27,331 nucleotides of DNA from a virus (Duplodnaviria > Caudoviricetes). The notes under the pieces are model-generated. The model saw only the letters and a program-made list of their open reading frames with translations, did not search any database and had not been told where the DNA came from. The translations under genes were made by a program, and so were the position numbers. Where the stretch lies: IMG/VR virus record IMGVR_UViG_3300011441_000031, positions 1 through 27,331 of that record. One strand, written 5' to 3'. Below are positions 23,626 to 27,331 of the stretch, piece by piece. Each line of letters opens with the position of its first letter. Position 1 is the first letter of the stretch.

Positions 23626-24258
23626 GTGGCCGGGTTGGCAGTGACGAATGGATTCTGCACACTGGCGGAGCTGCGCACACAGCTTGACGACACCACTAGC
23701 GCCTTGAGTACGGAGCTGCTGGAACGGGCCATCAACACCTCATCCCAGGCGATCAGAGAATACTGCGGGCGAAAGTTCTGGCTCGACGCATCGGTGACGG
23801 CCCGCTACTACACCACGGATCTGACCGGCCTGGCTTGGGTTGACGACATCGGCACCACCACTGGACTGCTGGTGGATACGGACACGTCCAGTGACGGGTC
23901 GTGGGCGACGAGCTGGACCATCAACACCGACTTCGTACTCCATCCGCGCAACGCCGCCGCCGCGGCGAACACGGCTTACGCGTATACCCGGATCAAGGCG
24001 ATCGGCACGAAGGCGTTCATGACGTCGACGCTTCGGGACACACTGCGGGTGACCGCAAAGTTCGGCTGGTCAGAGGTACCGGTAGATATTACTGAGGCGT
24101 GTCTACTGAAGGCGTCGTCGCTGTTCGAGCGCCGCAAGTCTCCGCTGGGGATGGCGTCGGGGATCTCCGAGTTCGGGGTGGTACGGATTTCCCGCAGCGA
24201 CCCGGATGTGATCGCGTTGCTTCAGCCATACATCCGGGTCGGCGTCGGGGCGGTGTGA
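23626..24258 (+). CDS. Head-to-tail adaptor (SPP1 gp15 / HK97 gp6-like)
   Basis: FCTLAELR...LLERAI..SSQAIREYCGRKF; VTAKFGWSEVPVDITEACL; DPDVIALLQPY. Confidence 0.85.
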   Translation: MAGLAVTNGFCTLAELRTQLDDTTSALSTELLERAINTSSQAIREYCGRKFWLDASVTARYYTTDLTGLAWVDDIGTTTGLLVDTDTSSDGSWATSWTINTDFVLHPRNAAAAANTAYAYTRIKAIGTKAFMTSTLRDTLRVTAKFGWSEVPVDITEACLLKASSLFERRKSPLGMASGISEFGVVRISRSDPDVIALLQPYIRVGVGAV

Positions 24259-24259
24259 C

Positions 24260-24682
24260 GTGGCCACGTTGGGCGCGATCCGGACCGGGCTGAAGACCAC
24301 GATCGAAGCGGCGATCACTGGACTGAAGGTCTACCCGACGATCGAGAGCGTCAACGTCGTGCCGGCCGTGGTGGTGGTTCCGGTCGACGCCGACTTCGTG
24401 GTGGCAATGGGTCGGGGTGTGGACACGTACAAGTTCACCCTGCTTGTGATGGTCAACCCTAGTGATGAGGCGATCGCGCAGACGTCGCTGGACAACTACC
24501 TGTCCGGCGCCGGGACGAAAAGCATCCGCCAAGCCATCTTCAACGCCCGCACCCTTGGCCTGACCGGCGTGGACGCACACGTCACCGGCTGGTCCGGCTA
24601 CGGCGCCAAGTACGAATCCGCCGGCATCCAACACATCGGTGCGCAACTGGCGCTCACCGTCCACAACCCCGGCACTGCCTGA
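24260..24682 (+). CDS. Tail terminator / head-tail joining protein
   Basis: IRTGLKTTI...LKVY...PAVVV pattern; size and position. Confidence 0.65.
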   Translation: MATLGAIRTGLKTTIEAAITGLKVYPTIESVNVVPAVVVVPVDADFVVAMGRGVDTYKFTLLVMVNPSDEAIAQTSLDNYLSGAGTKSIRQAIFNARTLGLTGVDAHVTGWSGYGAKYESAGIQHIGAQLALTVHNPGTA

Positions 24683-24698
24683 GAAGAAGGAGCAACCA

Positions 24699-24956
24699 AT
24701 GGCACTGTTGCGCTGCAAGGTGGTCGGGGCGATACCGATCCGCGACGCGATCACCAAAGCCGCGATCCTGACCGGCGGAGAGGTCGTCCTGGATGACTCG
24801 CCGGGCGGGTGGAAGGGCGGCCAGAAGCGGGGCGTCGGCCAGGACGGCGGGAAGCTTGCCGGCACCCTGATCGCGCCGTTGGTTGAGGCCGGCTGCATCG
24901 AGGTGCTCGGTCCGTACGTCGAGCCGGCGGCGAAGCCGGCCAAGGCCGAGGGCTGA
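24699..24956 (+). CDS. Small hypothetical protein
   Basis: AAGGAG RBS; 85 aa; fills the gap between neighbours. Confidence 0.65.
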   Translation: MALLRCKVVGAIPIRDAITKAAILTGGEVVLDDSPGGWKGGQKRGVGQDGGKLAGTLIAPLVEAGCIEVLGPYVEPAAKPAKAEG

Positions 24957-24958
24957 CC

Positions 24959-25693
24959 ATGGGCGTCCTGGCGCTGACCACCGCCTACGCGTATGTGGGC
25001 GCGCGGGATTTCAGCGGCGACATCAACCAGTGGCTGCTGGGTGCTGAGGCTACGACGCCGGAGTGCACCAGTTTCCGCTCGGCTGGTTGGCGCGAGTACA
25101 AGATGGGTGTCAAGACGTCGGCGTTCGCGATGTCCGGGCACTACCAGTCCGCGACGGCCGACGCGGTCGACCCGCATGTGTTCGACAACCTGGGCGTGGC
25201 GTCACAGGTCATCACGACCGGGCCGGAGGAGACCGAAGCCACACCGGCTTTCTTCCACCGGGGCATGCAGGCCGACGTGAACCTGTTCGGCGCGCACGGC
25301 GAGATCAACCCGTTCTCGGTGACCGCGGCCGGCGACGACGGCCCGACGGGCATTGTCCGCGGCCAACTCGCCGTGAAGATGACAACCGTCACCACCACCG
25401 GCGCCAAGGGCACCGCGCTCAACCTTGGTCTGATCGGCGCTGGCCAGTACCTGTACGCGACGTTGCATCTGCTCGGCACAGCCGGATCGTCCATCACCGC
25501 GGTGGTGGAGACCGATGAGGACAACACCTTTGCATCGGCGACAACTCGGATCACCTTCGGGCCGCTGACCGCAGTCGGCGGGAACTGGGGCACCCGAGTA
25601 GCCGGAGCTATTGCTTCAGACGACTGGCAAAGATTAAACATTACGGCTATCACGGGTACCTGGGTGATCGCCTGCGCGATCGGGATCCAGTGA
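24959..25693 (+). CDS. Tail-tube-like protein with C-terminal beta-sandwich extension
   Basis: N-terminal region aligns with 25990-26403 (VLAL...Y...S...AE...T...W.E...G.K). Confidence 0.65.
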   Translation: MGVLALTTAYAYVGARDFSGDINQWLLGAEATTPECTSFRSAGWREYKMGVKTSAFAMSGHYQSATADAVDPHVFDNLGVASQVITTGPEETEATPAFFHRGMQADVNLFGAHGEINPFSVTAAGDDGPTGIVRGQLAVKMTTVTTTGAKGTALNLGLIGAGQYLYATLHLLGTAGSSITAVVETDEDNTFASATTRITFGPLTAVGGNWGTRVAGAIASDDWQRLNITAITGTWVIACAIGIQ

Positions 25694-25989
25694 GCGACGA
25701 CTGGGTGTTGATACGTACCAACGTGGTGCAGCTCGAAGGCGAGCAAAAACAGTGGGCGTTGGATCTGGTCCGCCGACTCGGCCACGACCCCAAGGACCTG
25801 CGGCCGGAGCTGTGCGTCTCCACCGGGCCGGAAGGTCTGCGCCTGCACCTGTCCCGCTACCTGCGCGACGGGTCCGGCGCGCAGGTGCCTGACCACAACC
25901 TGAACGTCATGGCCACCACGCCCGTGGTTGTCGTGCTTGAACTGACCGATCTGCCGCCTGAGCTGCGGCCCGCAACCGTGGAGGCTTAG
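25690..25989 (+). CDS. Hypothetical protein
   Basis: GTGA overlap; abuts the next ATG. Confidence 0.6.
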   Translation: MSDDWVLIRTNVVQLEGEQKQWALDLVRRLGHDPKDLRPELCVSTGPEGLRLHLSRYLRDGSGAQVPDHNLNVMATTPVVVVLELTDLPPELRPATVEA

Positions 25990-26403
25990 ATGGCCGTACT
26001 TGCACTCGTCAATGAATATGTGCTCTTCAATGCCGTTGAGTTGTCCGATCACACGAAGAGTTGCACCATCACGGCCGAGTCTGCGGCGCTGGACTCGACC
26101 GCGATGGGCGACACGTGGGTGGAGAACACCGGCGGCCTGAAGTCCGGCACGACAACCCTGGAGGCGCTGGACGACTTCGCGGCGGGCTCGGTGGACGCGA
26201 CGATCTGGGCCGCGTTCAACGCGAACGTGGCGGTCGCCATGGCCGTCCGGCCGGTCAATACCACCATCGCCACGACCAACCCGGAGTACCAGTTCAACAT
26301 CCTGCCAAACCAGTGGAACATCGGCGGCTCGGTAGGCGAACTCGCGATGAAGAATCTGACTTATCCGATTACTGGCGCCATCACCCGCGATGTAACTCCG
26401 TGA
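25990..26403 (+). CDS. Major tail tube protein
   Basis: GGAGG RBS; LDSTAMGDTWVENTGGLKSG; TNPEY; GGSVGELA; YPITGAITR. Confidence 0.8.
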   Translation: MAVLALVNEYVLFNAVELSDHTKSCTITAESAALDSTAMGDTWVENTGGLKSGTTTLEALDDFAAGSVDATIWAAFNANVAVAMAVRPVNTTIATTNPEYQFNILPNQWNIGGSVGELAMKNLTYPITGAITRDVTP

Positions 26404-26870
26404 CCACCGTCACGGTTGCGGTCAGCGGTACGCGGGAGTTCGAACGGCTCGCTAAGCAGCTGCTTAAGGTCGACCGCAAGGATCTGGAGGAAGAGGTCCG
26501 GCAAGGCCAGAAGCACGCGTTCGCCGGGTTGGAGCCGTTGGTGAAGGCGTCTGCCGCGGCGGTCCTACCGAAGCGTGGCGGCTACGCGCCGCTGATGGCC
26601 GCTGATGTGCGGGTGGACGTGCGGGCGCAACTCAAAGGCGCGGTGGCAGTCCGGGCGGTCATCTACGCGCGGGGCAAGATCCAGCACCGCGATGTGCGGG
26701 CAGTCAACGCCGGCCTGTTGCGGCACCCGACGTTCGGCAACCGGTCGGCGAAGGGCTGGAAAACCCAGCGGATCACCCCCGGCTTCGCTGACGCCGCGGT
26801 GGACCAGCTGTCGGACGATGCGTTCCGGGAATCAGCCGAAGCAGTGCAGCGGGTCCTGTCGCGAATATGA
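26400..26870 (+). CDS. Neck / tail-completion protein (HK97 gp10-like)
   Basis: GTGA overlap; VSGTREFERLAKQL, LRHPTFGNR..W..Q...PGF. Confidence 0.65.
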   Translation: MTTVTVAVSGTREFERLAKQLLKVDRKDLEEEVRQGQKHAFAGLEPLVKASAAAVLPKRGGYAPLMAADVRVDVRAQLKGAVAVRAVIYARGKIQHRDVRAVNAGLLRHPTFGNRSAKGWKTQRITPGFADAAVDQLSDDAFRESAEAVQRVLSRI

Positions 26871-26871
26871 A

Positions 26872-26925
26872 GCCTTCGCGCTGGCATCTCGGTCTCATCA
26901 TAGACCGACATGCCAGCGCGAAGGC
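26872..26925 (+). repeat. Long hairpin before the tail assembly chaperone
   Basis: 16-bp perfect stem (26872-26887/26910-26925), C-C mismatch, 7-bp stem, 6-nt loop; no U tract. Confidence 0.9.
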
Positions 26926-26959
26926 AACCAAGACTCTAACCGGGAGAAGTGAGTAAGTC

Positions 26960-27331
26960 ATGCCGTCGTTGCGGTTGAGTGATGCGGACCGGGCCCGGCT
27001 CGGGATCGAGACCGAGTGGCTGCCGTTGGACGCGATGAGCGTCACCAACAAGGAAGCCATCATGCTGCGGTCCTTCGGCTACAACACGCCGACTCTGTGG
27101 CGGCTGGCGCTGCAAGGCGGCGCCGACGGCGAGGCCGACATCGACTACCAAGCGTGGACGTTTCTGGTATGGCTGGCGTTGCGCCGCAACCAGATCCACA
27201 CCGATCTGGGCATGTTCGAGTTCGACTTCGAGCTGCTGCAATCCCGGTCCGACTCGACTGATCCCGTGGTGGTCGAAGAGACAGACCCGGGAAAAGACTC
27301 AGAGACCGGGCCGAGCAGGAGCAGCGAGCCC
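26960..27331 (+). CDS. Tail assembly chaperone (partial, runs off the window; not in the ORF track)
   Basis: MPSLRLSDADRARLG...FLVWLALRRN...DPGKDS; position after the tail tube; slippery site present. Confidence 0.8.
   Translation, partial: MPSLRLSDADRARLGIETEWLPLDAMSVTNKEAIMLRSFGYNTPTLWRLALQGGADGEADIDYQAWTFLVWLALRRNQIHTDLGMFEFDFELLQSRSDSTDPVVVEETDPGKDSETGPSRSSEP
27289..27295 (+). other. -1 programmed ribosomal frameshift site G GGA AAA
   Basis: X XXY YYZ heptamer in the correct phase (CCG GGA AAA); the -1 frame stays open to the window end. Confidence 0.8.

Noticed and set aside
1-27331. tRNA, rRNA, integrase or att site
   Set aside because: None recognised, so phage versus prophage cannot be decided from this window.

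Overview
High-GC, actinobacterial-type siphovirus (phage or prophage) morphogenesis region, almost entirely on the + strand. Order: end of an upstream gene, a probable cos/packaging interval, TerS, TerL with a LAGLIDADG intein in its Walker A motif, a small membrane protein, an HK97-type portal, an 11.5-kb accessory block, an EndoVII-type nuclease, the HK97-type prohead protease, major capsid, an HNH nuclease, decoration/neck/tail genes and a tail assembly chaperone with a -1 slippery site. The standout is the block between portal and protease (5331-16785). It holds a 2462-aa polyprotein and three more modular proteins, carrying Nudix, GrpE-like, ART-like, 2H-phosphoesterase, acidic repeat, two zincin, HipA/PI3K-like kinase and GNAT domains. 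No MuF domain is recognisable. Modules begin with a recurring F-x(2-4)-[HQ]PR...G[KREQ][FW] motif placed just after an Arg, resembling the predicted capsid maturation site (ALR/AM). Portal and protease share a 14-aa C-terminal peptide. Small partner genes follow the terminal effectors, and in-frame DNA repeats would allow effector swapping. I infer a capsid-packaged, protease-processed, polymorphic effector array. All family calls come from motif recognition by eye; no searches were run.
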